Shown here: positions 11,960-24,368 of the stretch, piece after piece
How positions within the stretch are numbered: the first letter of the stretch is position 1
How the letters are laid out: every line of letters starts with the position of its first letter
NCBI GenBank assembly: GCA_036785375.1
Contig: JAWMAR010000384.1
Coordinates: 744,001-808,000, forward strand
Length of the DNA: 64,000 bases
Direction: 5' to 3'
From: Leucoraja ocellata
Taxonomy: Eukaryota
Notes under the pieces: generated by a model
Database searches by the model: none
What the model was told of the DNA's origin: nothing
Seen by the model: only the letters and a program-made list of their open reading frames with translations
Made by a program: the position numbers and the translations under genes

Positions 11960-13460
11960 CCCAGCCCATTATCTGATGATGAAATCAGGCAGAAATATGA
12001 AATCGAGTTGGAAATAACTTAAGCGGTCGATTAGAAGAGCCAAAAGGGGGCATGAAACGGGGTTGTCGAGCTAGATTAAAGAAGTTCGCAAGTTTTATGT
12101 ACCTAATTTAAATGGAAGATGGTAACCAGAAAGATGGTAACTCGAGGATAAAGGGAGGAATTTGTGCTTTGAAGTCAAGGGATATAGGCGAGATATTAAA
12201 TTAATGCGTTGTATGTCTTTCACCAAGGAGAAGGACAAGAAGGAGAGTGAGATCAATGTGGCGAATATTCATATGCAAGGGCACTGTGTGATTAAGAAGT
12301 AGGTGTTGGGTGTCTTGAGGGGCAGTGTGCATGAATGGACAGATTATTGAGAGACACAACAGACGAGATTGTAGGAGCCATGCCAAAGATCTCTGCACCT
12401 TCTCTAGTAGTTAATACGTTTACAGATGACAGCTAGATTGTTTGGGTTGCGGACAGTGAGGAAGGCTGTCAAAGTAAACAGCAGGATAGGTAATAAAAAT
12501 GAGAGATGAAATGATAGATGCAGATAACCAGAGCATTGAAGTGTTGGGGGAGGGATCGATTGTAAAGAGAAATATACGAGACGTTGCCTGACCCGCTGAC
12601 TTTACTCCAGCATTTTGTATCTACTTTCGATTAATAACCACACTATTGATGTACAGAGGTATTTTGGGATCCAAGTCTATATGTCCCTCAGTGGCAACAC
12701 TACTATATAGAGTGGTGAGAAGGCATATTTTTATGTTTTGCTTCATTGAGCAGGGCATTCAGGATAAGGGCAGGCGAACGTCATTATGCTACTTTATGCC
12801 CCTGTCCAACTTAGGAAACCTGAACGGAAACCTCCGGAGACTTTGCGCCCGACCCAAAGGTTTCCGTTGCGGTTCCCAGAAGTTGCAGGTGGTTGCCGGA
12901 GGTTGCAGGCAGTGGAAGCGGGTAGGGAGACTGACAAAAACCTCAGGGAACCTCCGGGAACCGCAACGGAAACCTTGGATGGGGTACAAAGTCTCCAGAA
13001 GTTTCCGTTCAGGTTTCCTAGGTGGGACAGGGGTAAAGGACTTCTGCTAGGCTGCATTTCGGGTACTGCCATCATGTCCTTCGCCCCAATACTAGATGGA
13101 AGTGGAGGCCTTGGAAAAGGCGCAGAGGATGTTTACCAGCATGATACCTGAATTAGGGGTATTAACTACGAGCACAGGTTGGACAGAATCGGGTTGTTTT
13201 CTCTGTAACCGTTAACGATGAGAGGAGACCTGCTAGAAATATATAAAATTATGAGTCCTAGATAGGGCAGAGAATGATTACCATTTCCCCCCAGAATGGA
13301 AATATCAAGGACTCGATGACATAGCTTTAAGGAGAGAGACGCATGGACATTTTATATACAGAGGTCGGTGAGAACTGTGAAGGCGTTGGCGAGGGTGGTG
13401 GTGGCGGCACAAGCAACAGTGGCATTTGTAAGATTTCTGGATCCAGATCACGTGCCCGCA
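11960..13460 (+). mobile_element. Old degenerate CR1 ORF2 and 3' remnant
   Basis: Decayed resemblance to the RT C-terminus and 3' region of the younger CR1 copies. Boundaries approximate. Confidence 0.6.
12799..13033. mobile_element. MITE with about 85-bp imperfect terminal inverted repeats (possibly PIF/Harbinger-type)
   Basis: Left end CCCCTGTCCAACTTAGGAAACCTGAACGGAAAC... matches the reverse complement of the right end CCCCTGTCCCACCTAGGAAACCTGAACGGAAAC... Inserted at a TA-rich site within a CR1 remnant. Confidence 0.85.
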
Positions 13461-13667
13461 GATAAGATTTGGTTTTGGCATCATGTCGGCAGAGGCATGG
13501 AGTGCGGAAAGGCTTGTTCGTGTGCTGTGCTGTACTATGTTCTGCGCTTTGTGGATACTGCAAATTATAGTTTGCACTCATCAATCAGGAGAAATGACGT
13601 CTGCACCTTTCCTGCCAAGACCACGACGAGATTTATATATTACAGTGGCTGATATATTATATATTGT

Positions 13668-13875
13668 GGGGCGGCACAGAGCTGGTAGAGCAGCTGCCTC
13701 GACAGCGCCAGAGACCAGGGTTCGATCCTGAGCTCGGATGCTGTCTGTGAGGAGTTTACACGTTTCCCATGTGGTGCCGTGGTTTGCCTCCCACATCCCA
13801 AAGATTGCGGGTTTCTAGGTTAATTGACCTCTGTAAAATTGCCCTTCACTGTGTAGGGAGTGGATGAGAAGGTAG
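13668..13875 (+). mobile_element. tRNA-derived SINE (V-SINE/HE1-like)
   Basis: Pol III B box GGTTCGATCC at 13719-13728 followed by a V-domain-like GCTGTCTGTGAGGAGTTT...CTCCCACATCCCAAAGA. Confidence 0.8.
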
Positions 13876-14042
13876 GCTACACTTCTCAGTAGTTCCGCGC
13901 AGCGTGCACTTATCCCGCTAATCAGCTCAGCAGGAACCAACCAAGAACTTCAGTACCTCTATTAGGCGAGGAAAGTAAAACTATATGTGATACTCCATGT
14001 GTGCTAGCGCCCTATATAAAGGCAGAAAGACCATATTCTGCC

Positions 14043-14246
14043 AGACAATGAGGCCAGTTCATTGGCTATATTTAAGAGGGAGTTAGATGTGGCCCTTGTG
14101 GCTAAAGGGATCAGGGGGTATGGAGAGGAGCGCCTTATGGGATACTGAGTTGGATGATCAGCCATGATCATATTGAATGGCGGTGCACGCTCAAAGGGCC
14201 CAACAGCCTACTCCTGCACCTATTTTCTATGTTTCTATGTTTCTAT
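14043..14246 (+). mobile_element. CR1 LINE 3' fragment (paralog of 1-59)
   Basis: CR1 3' UTR plus (TTTCTATG)n tail at the same position relative to C as in unit 1. Confidence 0.88.
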
Positions 14247-14887
14247 ATTAATCTCACTCACCACCAGCCCCACCCAGTTAATTCACAGATGAAATAGGTT
14301 GGAATTGCTAAGTGAATAGTATTAGCAAGGTCACATATAACGATTACTGTCTGTCCTCGAATACGTTTCTACATGAGCGCCCCATTTTGTTCGTGTGTGT
14401 GCGTGTGCGCGCGCGCGGCTCTATGAACCAATTTATCATCACACCAGTTTATAACATAACGTTCGGCAACATTTATCATCGGTTCTTCCATAAGGTAAAA
14501 TAATGAAGGTTGATTAAATACATTTGATTTTCTCTGATCAGAAATAAAAATCCAACACATGTATTGCTCTTAAGATTGAATTATTGATTTTAGTCGAGAG
14601 CTGTATTTGTATGTTAGTCACGTGGGTAAACAAAACAAACCTGAATGTAATCTTTAGACCACTGTCTTTTAATGAATATTTGGGAATGCATTTAACAGAT
14701 TGAATAACATTGGAGTTTCAATTCACAACGAGTTGCTTCAATTGAATGACGTTTACAAACAGCGAGACAAAGGACAATTTTACCGCAAATGCAAGTCGAT
14801 AATAGAGAATATTTTTATATCAATTTTTGACAAATGAAAGACGGAGCAACAATATTTGTCAATTTGATTAGTTGGAATCTAGAAGTT

Positions 14888-15210
14888 TTACAGACACCTG
14901 GACCTGGCGATGTTTCCCTGCAGCGGGTTAGCCTGAGTCTCGTGTTTAACCACACAGGAGTAAAGCTCGTGTGAGTTCCACACTGTGGCTGGCAGAGTTA
15001 GGTAACTGCTCGCACTGAACGTGTTGTCCGCCGCCTGTTGGATCCGGCTGGTCACAACGCCTTCACTCCTCGCACTGCCGTCCACGGTCCAGTCAATTTC
15101 CACAGCGCCCGGATTAAACCCGTTCACCAAACACACCAGGGTGGCCGTTCCCTTTCCCGTCAATTCTTGCGCTGAAGGTCCAAGCACGGACACCGCGGGG
15201 GGCTGAGGAT
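14888..15210 (-). CDS. IGLC: Ig light-chain constant exon, cluster 2
   Basis: Intact 323-nt exon PQPPAVSVLGPS...ARSRCL*, acceptor AG at 15211-15212. Confidence 0.95.
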
Positions 15211-16631
15211 CTATTTAAAATAAAATCACAGATTAGTAGGGCTGGCAGAACTGCTTCGGTTGAAACATTATCTTTGTTAAAAATACAGTTGGTATAACAT
15301 GGATTCATTCGTTCCAAGTGAGATCTCCAAACAATAACTACTATTTATGGCAATGGGACAGAATATGCGCAGCAGCGTAAAGTATATTGTTTCGGCAGTG
15401 TTTTGAATTGATCTCCAAAGTATTATTTTCGTTGGCTCCAGCTACAATTTAAAAAACCCAACTGTTTTACTCGACAGCCAGTTGCGGGTTTTCATTGAAG
15501 CCAAAGTTCCACTAAACGCGCTTAAAACTTTAGTTTTGTTTAAATACCTTCCCTTAATTCATCTGTTCATTTGTTAAGACCAGATACCGAAATGTTACTA
15601 ATGGTTGGATTTTAGCGACAAGAATATTTTGTCGTTTTAACAATCAATAAATTTGCAGCCACGTTAAATTTACCGTTTCTCGCATTTTAAATAGTCGTTG
15701 ATATGATTTACGTTAATGCTGAAACCGATATGTTTGTTTTTCTCGACCAGTCTCTTCTCTTTGAAGTAATAATTCAGCCCATATTTCTGAAGTTGAATAG
15801 GGAATCTTATTCTTTCGCATAATGGCACCACAGCGAAATGCGTTATAAGATGTCACACGGAACAAAACTGATTTGAAGAAGGGACCCGAACCGAAAGTCA
15901 CCTATCCATGTTCACCAGAGATGCTGCCCTACCCGCTGAGTCACCCCAGAGCTTTGTGTCTTTTTTTGTAAACCAGCACCTGCAGTTCCTTGTCCCCCCC
16001 CCCCCCCCCCCCCCCCCCCCAAAGTTATTTACCGTTCCCTTACGTTCGGTCTAATTCTTATCCAGGTTTGATCATTGTCAACTTTCCGTCAGCAAAGTAA
16101 TAAAGAATTAAAAAAAACAGCTGGACAGCAGTATCGTCCTTTCATTGCTGTTGTCAACTAATTTGTCAAAAAAGACTCGATCGTGGTCGAAAATTTAAAA
16201 CACATCGGCTTTAAATACCTTTTATTTTAGCTATTTAGTGTAAAAAATACAAACAGCAGTCATAGCATCAAGCCCTTTGATAGAGCAACGTCTAATAATT
16301 TGCCAAAGGAAACTCGACTTTAGTCGAACGCTGAACATAGATAATAGCGTTAAAAGCTTTTCCTTTGAACCTTCGATTAGCGACAGAAAACCAATTACTT
16401 TTCACTGTTATATATCATTAACCCAAAGACCGAATATGCAGGAAGGAACTGCAGACCCATTCATACCCTACAGAGATGCTGCCTGTTCAGCTTGTTGTGC
16501 CTATCTTCGTTTTAAACCAACATCTGCAGTTCCTTCCTACGACCCTTTCCTTCTCTCCAGAGATGCAGCCTGTGTCGCTACGTTACTCCAGCTTTTTGTG
16601 TCTACGCAAAGATAGAAGGTATTTTACTTAC

Positions 16632-16976
16632 TGCCAATACTCAGCCTCGTTCCTTTGCCGAAGATTACAGCATCTTTCCACACAGCACAGAAGTAGTCAG
16701 CAGCGTCCCCCGACTGTAAGTTCGATATTGTCAATGTTGCAGTGTTGCCTGACACTGATCCGGAGAAACGTTCAGAAACTCCCGAGCCTCTGTAAATGCT
16801 GCTGCCCGACCAATAGCGGAACAAATAACGCGGAACCGCTCCTGGAATCTGCTGGTACCAGGAAACGGTGCTACTACTTAAACTGCCGCCAGACAGGGTA
16901 CAGGCAATTTCCACGTTCTGTCCCAGAGATGTGGATTTTGAAGACGGCTGATTTAGTGAAAATTGCGCATTTATAT
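16632..16976 (-). CDS. IGLV: Germline-joined VJ exon, cluster 2 (intact)
   Basis: INAQFSLNQPSSKSTSLGQNVEIACTLSGGSLSSSTVSWYQQ...DYFCAVWKDAVIFGKGTRLSIG. Donor GTAAGT at 16626-16631. No RSS between V and J. Confidence 0.95.
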
Positions 16977-17100
16977 CTGAAAAACAAACCAGAAAAAAGT
17001 AGAAAATTAACTAATATCAGAGAAACAGCAGAATTTCACAAATAGAAAGGTTTAATCGTACTCGAGATTAAATATCACGTCGGTTGAAGTCAATACTCAC

Positions 17101-17149
17101 AAGCTGCGGAAAACGCTAACGCATAGACTAGAGAAATCCAGCAAGACAT
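17101..17149 (-). CDS. Leader exon, cluster 2
   Basis: MSCWISLVYALAFSAA followed by a GTGAGT donor. Confidence 0.9.
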
Positions 17150-17204
17150 TGTAATGAATTGAGCGGAGAACGCCATGTGAAGTGGCTCCTCAATGTTTCT
17201 CTCC

Positions 17205-17300
17205 GGGTCGCTTATGAACCGTGTGACAAGGCGTCACCTCGAGTTCCTTATCTATCCTTCAACAGTCAAATCAGAATGCGTGTTGCGCCAATCAGAAGTT
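17205..17300 (-). promoter_or_regulatory. Putative IgL promoter, cluster 2
   Basis: TTCATAAG at 17211-17218, TGACGCC at 17230-17236, CCAAT at 17288-17292. No octamer-like motif at the position where clusters 3-5 have one. Confidence 0.55.
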
Positions 17301-20300
17301 GCCAGATTCGTCCTGGGTCAAATTATTTCCAAACTAAATAAAGATTTGGTGTCGAATATTTCGGTACAATTTATCCCGGTACATTTGTACCTCGGGCCGA
17401 TTTAATATAGACTCAAGCACATAAGAGTCTCTGTTTAGTTTGAAAGGAGGTGTTGAATTATTCCTTTTCATTTATTCTGAACCTTTAGCTGTGCAGTTGC
17501 ACGGCATGCGCCTACAAATAAATTAATCGAATAACCTCATCATAATTCCTGGCGACTGCTCATTCACTCTTGAAAAATGAAGGGATACATTCCAACAGGG
17601 GCTGAAGAATCCGATCTCATGGTCTCGCACTACTGTACGCGACATGTATCTTCACCCTTTTAGTTGCACACACACATTTTATTTGAAACTGGTAAATATT
17701 CTGGTGAAGACGGTGTGTAGGAAATCTTTCAAAGCGCAATGTGAAGAAACAGTTGACTTCAAAATTATTTACGAATTTGCAGATTTGGGTGTCAATGCCC
17801 CGTCAACACCGCTGTAATTCTGGAAAGCATGCTTGCTAGCAGCACACATGTTCACTGGTTTAGCACGGGTAATTGACTTAATTGAGAAAAGAAATTGAGA
17901 AACATGTTTAATCGACATGTTAGTAGCTGCTGGCGAGTTTTATATATGAAAGACCTCGATGTCTGCAAGTGCTTGCGTTGCTATGATATTAATTCTGTCC
18001 AACTCCATCTGACATATGAAATTATATTTACATGCAACCAGCGTTGCCTTATACTTGATCTAATGTACGCAGATTTTATATCGCAACCTAATCGCGCTAG
18101 TTGTCGCGGCAGCGCTCCTATCGCTTTGTGGATTATCCCTGCAGGATAGTAACACTGGGCGAATCAGTGCTAACGGCGATGAACAAGAAAATGCAGTCAA
18201 AAAACAGTCTACATTTTCAAAATGTTGATATTTGGACTAACGATTTCGCTGGTAATTAATCAACGGAGACCGGGCTGTTCTGCTGATGTGTCCGGACAGT
18301 TAATACTCGCATCTCATAAAAGTCCGCAAATCGATGACATGCACACAGGCGTCAATGTCTCAAACATTGTTTCCGAGATTGATCTAGTCCTCGGTACTTC
18401 GGAAATGCTTTGGAACAGGGAATCATTCCTGTGATACCGTGGCATGATTATGCAGCATTTAACTGGCATTAACAATATTTTAGTTGAAATGATGACATCA
18501 GACTATGTTTCAGTACGCAGTGTAGTTGCCTTTGCTCAGTTATCCTCGGATCTCTCCACATTAACGCTTTACTGAAGAAGGTAATCCGCTCTTTGATACT
18601 TTTCTCATTCCAATATTCATCCTCTCCCAAGTAACAATATATTGCCACGACTCTCTTGGCAATACGTAAAATGCATTACAATTATGCCTAGGACTCACGG
18701 ACAACACCTCCGTGCCGAATCAGGATAAGAGCAAAGGGAGTACATAGGAGCACCTCTCTTGCTAGACAAGTCACAGGCGATGTTGAGTGCGAAATACATT
18801 GCTACGCTTTGCGATTGTTGGGCCCATTTGTTGGAAATCCCTTTCTAATTGCAGCATTTGGGTCCTATCGCCAGAATACTTCAGTGATTCAAGAAGCTTA
18901 CCAGTGCATACTAATCCGCATCTTGCTATCAATGTTGATTAAAATTTGGCGTATTGATGGAACTTTAGGTTTTGGAAACAAAATGAGATTATAGGGTAAT
19001 AGAACTGTTCTACTCGTCTTGTTGGAGTTTGGCAGAATATTATTTCTGCTTGATCCATAGTGTAACTCTACGTGCGAGCATTATGGTAAGAACAACGAGA
19101 GAGATAGAGAGAAAGAGGCGTTGACAGGCAGACTGAAAGTCTCAAAATATTAACATTTGTAATGAAATGTTGAACAGAACGGGGTTGTGACGTTCAATGA
19201 GATGAGACTGTGAGATGCTGGGATCTTCAGTAAAACGCACAATGCTGGAGTAGATGGTCTCGTAAGGACATTTCGGATCGAGAACCTTCTTTAGAGTCTG
19301 GAACAGGGTCCCCACCAAAAACATAACATATCCATGTCATCCAAAGATGCTGCCCTATCTGCTGAATTACTCTAGCACTTTGACAATGGAGTGGACATTC
19401 ATCACATTAACAAATTAATGGAAGTGAAGTATTAAAGCAACCTAGATATTCTCTAAAATAAATAAGATTACGTATTTAAATATAGTTTTATCGTTTTACG
19501 CAGGGAAGATGTACATTGCATAGAAGCCACAGCTGAAGAATAACGGAGTTAATGACTAACAAACATTCACTTCTGTGTGGAATGTTTCCTGTATGCGAAG
19601 CGCGCTTCCAAATTGCTCGGTTGGAGCAAAACCACACACATTGTGATGGTCCAGCGAGGGGCAGCGTTACCAGGGCAGCCTGGTCGAGAAGCAATCTGTT
19701 CCCGTAGGTTATCCCGGAGATTATGTAGCAGTGCAATTTCAGGTAAAGATGAACGGACAGAAGACTGTGATCCTTAATACATTCAATATAGGGATGTGAT
19801 GTGGACTCTGTAATCGTTAAGGACCACCTTCTCTGGAATTGATGCAGTCATTTTGCCGAAAATACAGCTCCAACCCACTAGGAATCCCATTCCAGAATTT
19901 ACTTCTTACAATGTTACTGAAATCGGCCTTCTTGCAATTCGGAAACCTGATTTCGGGACTATTCTTATTCCTTCCAATACATTCTTTACGGGTTAAATAC
20001 AATGGTTTTGTACCCTCAAAATATCATCACACTGATGCTTCATCCTCTTACCTGGCCACTTATTCTCAGTGGGTCTGGCACTGGCACAGAAAGCACTCCT
20101 AGATATTCTTTTATCCACCACGTCCATTCCTTTCACAGGCATGTGATCACAAATGATATTAGAGGTATTTTGCCGACGTAGTATTTCTTTGGCTGCTTTA
20201 GATCAAATTTGACGAGAATAAGCGTCATAGTAGGATATTTGGAAACGTGAATATTATTGAATATTAAAACTATCACATGCGTTTGTGCCGAAGTGCTCAA

Positions 20301-20744
20301 GCAACTTGGCAGGCAACGTTTGTCTAATGTATTGGAATACTAACGTGCAATTTCCAAAGAAGGAAAATGATGCATGTACTAGAGGTCACATGCTATCGTG
20401 AAGCGAAGGCTGGCTTCATGAAACAGAGAGTAGGCAGAATTGGGCCTGGTTCTGATTTGTAAGGACTACCACTGTCGTGTTGCAAGTAAGGGTGTGTACC
20501 CTCAACCTCAGCTTCGGTTTCCTTACAATATTTAAAAAAAAAATCATATGATCTGATCTCTGATGTAGCAACACAGTCATATTCCTTTATTAATACAATT
20601 CATTGTTCTGTTGATTGTTTTTTTATGCCACAAAGAATTCGACCACCCCTTTAGTTGTGTTCCACATTAAGTCACTATAGTCCAGAATATAGTTCTTTAC
20701 AGAGTTATGCTTATCTGAATATTGGTTAATCTTCTATATCGTTA

Positions 20745-21043
20745 ATACACTTTATTTCGGACTCAAGGTCCAGACGAACGACAACATTATATAAAAATAC
20801 ATTGCACCATAAAATACATATAAAATCTGAGTATATCACATAAACACGTCATAAATTATATATAAAAAAACACAATACATGATTTAACATCCAGAATAGA
20901 AAAGATCAATGTCCCACAACGAGACAGCGATACCAGTGTCTCCGTAGCGTGTAGTGCTAAACCTTATATTTGACAAGGCATTGTTAAATACATTTTTAGA
21001 GTCGTTTATCCGGCAAATGAATTTATACATATGATTTCTTAGG
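20745..21043 (-). mobile_element. 3' fragment of the RTE-X-like element
   Basis: Aligns to 5625-5945. Cut off by the CR1 starting at 21044. Confidence 0.75.
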
Positions 21044-23736
21044 ATAGAAACATAGAAACATAGAAAATAGGTGCAGGAGTAGGCCATTCGGCCCTTCGAG
21101 CCTGCACCACCATTCAATATGATCATGGCGGATCATCCAACTCAGTATCCTGTACCTGCCTTCTCTCCATACCCCCCTGATACCTTTAGCCACATGGGCT
21201 ACATCTAACTCCTTCTTAAATATACCCAATGAACTGGCCTCAACTACCTTCTGTGGCAGAGAATTCCACAGATTCACCACTCTCTGTGTGAATTTTTTTT
21301 TCTCATCTCGGTCCTAAAAGATTTCCCCCTTATCCTTAAACTGTGACCCATTGTTCTGGACTTCCCCAACATCGTGAACAATCTTCCTGCATCTAGCCTG
21401 TCCAACCCCTTAAGAATTTTGTAAGTTTCTATAAGATCCCCCCTCAATCTTCTAAATTCTAGCGAGTACAAGCCGAGTCTATCCAGTCTTTCTTCATTTG
21501 AAAGTCCTGCCATCACAGGAATCAGTCTGGTGAACCTTCTCTGTACTCCCTCTATGGCAAGAATATATTTGCTGAGATTAGGAGATCAAAACTGTACACA
21601 ATACTCCAGGCGTTGTCTCACCAAGACTCTGTACAACTGCAATAGAATCTCCCTGCTGTTATACTCAAATTATTTTGCTATGAATGCTAACATACCATTT
21701 GCTTTCTTCACTGCCTGCTGCACCTGCATGCCTACTTTCAATGACTGGTGTACCATGACACCCAGGTCTCGTTGCATCTCCTCGTTTCCTAATCAGCCAC
21801 CATTCAGTTAATAGTCTACTTTCCTGGTTTTGCCACCAAAGTGGATAACATCACATTTATCCACATTATACTGCATCTGCCATGCATTTGCGCACTCACC
21901 CAGCCTACCCAAGTCACCTTGCAGCCTCCTAGTATCCTCCTCACAGCTAACACTGCCCCCCCCCCCCCCCCCCCCAGCTTTGTGTCATCTGCAAACCTGG
22001 AGATGTTGCATTCAATTCCCTCATCCAGATCATTAATATATATTGTAAATAGCTGTGGTCCCAGCACTGAGCCTTGCGGTACCCCACTAGTCACTGTCAG
22101 CCATTCTGAAAATGACCCGTTTACTCCTACTCTTTGGTTCCTGTCTGTCAGCCAGTTCTCTAACCACATCAATACTGAACCCCCAATGCCGTGTGCTTTA
22201 AGTTTGCATACTAATCTCTTATTGGGACCTTGTCGAAAGCCTTCTGAAAGTCCAGATATAACACATCCACTGGTTCTCCCTTATCTACTAGTTACATCCT
22301 CGAAAAATTCTATAAGATTCGTCAGACATGATTTACCTTTCATAAATCCATGCTGACTTTGTCCAATGAATTCACCAATTTCAAAATGTGCTGCTATCCC
22401 ATCTTTAATAACTGACTCCAGAATTTCCCCCACCACCGATAATAGACTAACTGGTCTGCAATTCCCTGTTTTCTCGCTCCCTTTTAAAAAAAGTGGGGTT
22501 TCATTAGCTACCCTCCAGTCCTCAGGAACTACTCCAGAATCTAAAGAGTTTTGAAACAATTATCACTAATGCATCCACTATTTCTGCGGCTACTTCCTTA
22601 TGTACTCTGGGATGCAATTTATCTGGCCCTGGGGATTTATCAGCCTTTAATCCATTCAACACTACTTCCCGGCTAATCTGGATTTCACTCAGTTCCTCCA
22701 TCTCATTTAACCCCCGGTCCCTTGCTGTTTCCGGCAATTATTTATGTATTCCTTATAGAAGACAGAACCAAAGTAGTTATTCAATTGGTCTGCCATGTCC
22801 TTGTTCCCCATGATCAATTCGCCTGTTTCTGACTGCAAGGGACCTGCATTTGTTTTAACTAATATTTTCCTCTTCACATATCTATAAAACCTTTTGCAGT
22901 CAATTTTTATGTTTCTTGCCAGTTTTTTTTTATAATCTATTTTCCCTTTCCTAATTAAGCCTTTTGTCCTCCTCTGCTGGACTCTGAATTTCTCCCAGTC
23001 CTCTGGTAGGCTGCTTATTCTGGCTAATTTGTGCACTTCATCTTTTGTTTTGATACTATCCCTGATTTCCCTTGTTATCCACGGATGCACTACCTTCCCT
23101 GATTTATTATTTTGCCAAACTGGGATGAACAATTGTTGTAGTTCATCCATGCAGTTTTTAAATGCCTTCCATTGCATATCCACCGTCAACCCTTTAAAAA
23201 TCAATTTCCAGTCTATCTTGGCCAATTCACGTCTCATACCCTCAAAGTCATCTTTCTTTACGTTCAGGACCCGTGTTTCTGAATTAACAATGTCACTCTC
23301 CATCCTAATGAAGAACTCAACCATATTATGGTCACTCTTGCCCAAGGGGCCAGGCACAACAAGACTGCTAACTAACCCTTCCTCATTACTCAATACCCAG
23401 TCTAGAATAGCCTGCTCTCTCGTTGGTTCAGAAAACTATCCCGCATAAATTCCAATAAATCCTCTTCCTCAGCACCTCTGCCAATTTGATTCACCCAATT
23501 TGAAGTCACCCATTATAACTCTTTTACCTTTGTTGCACGCATTTCTAATTTACTGTTTGATACCATCTCCAACTCCACTACTACTGTTAGGTGGCCTGTA
23601 CACAACTCCCACTAGCGTTTCTGCTCCTTAGTGTTTCGCAGCTCTACCCATATCGATTCCACATCCTCCAAGATAATGTCCTTCCTTTCCATTGCGTTAA
23701 TCTCCTCTCTAACCAGCAACGCTACCCCGCCTCCTT
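21044..23736 (-). mobile_element. CR1 LINE, about 2.7 kb, 5'-truncated with frameshifted ORF2
   Basis: APE remnants (GGGVALLV, LGKSDHNMVEF), RT motifs ([30 protein letters not shown]) and an octamer tail. Confidence 0.93.
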
Positions 23737-24190
23737 GTGGAAGGCGGAAAGGGGTGGAGATGCGACTATTGTTGGGATCCCATTGGAGGTGGCGAAAATG
23801 TTGGAGGATTATGGCTGATGGGGTAAAAGGTAAGGACAAGGGGAACTCTGTCTCTGTTGCGATTAGGGGGAAGGGGAGCAAGGGCGGAATATGGGTACTG
23901 AGGAGACACGAGTGAGGGCATCATCTATGGTGGGAGAGGGGAACCCCGTTCACTAAAGAATGATGACATCTCGTATGTCCGGGTATGGAACGCCTCATCT
24001 TGTGCGCAGACGCGGTGCAGACGGACGAATTGGGAGTGGGGGATAGTCTTTGCAGGAAGCAGGGTGGGAAGTAGTGTAGCCGTGTTAGTTGTGGGAGTCA
24101 CTGGGTTTGTAATAGACGTCAGTCGATGGTCTATCTCCTGTGATAGAGATTGAGATCAAGAAAGGGGAGGGAGGTGTCGGAGATGGTCCT
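23737..24190 (-). mobile_element. Penelope-like element fragment
   Basis: Aligns by eye to 52625-53040 of the GIY-YIG-bearing copy. Confidence 0.8.
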
Positions 24191-24315
24191 TTAGTTTTAG
24201 CATCATGTTCGACATAGATTCCTAATTGATTAGTAGGCCCGTATTTGTTGTTCAGCCGCCCTCACTCGAATGAGATTCCATATGAATGCTCCATCGAGCG
24301 TGCGTGTATGTGAGG

Positions 24316-24368
24316 GAGAGAGAGAGAGAGAGAGTGTGTGTGTGTGTGTGTGTGCGTGTGTGTGTGTG
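24316..24368 (+). repeat. (GA)n(GT)n microsatellite
   Basis: Read directly. Confidence 0.95.

Noticed and set aside
13668-13740. tRNA gene
   Set aside because: A B box is present but there is no cloverleaf, and the sequence continues into a SINE body.
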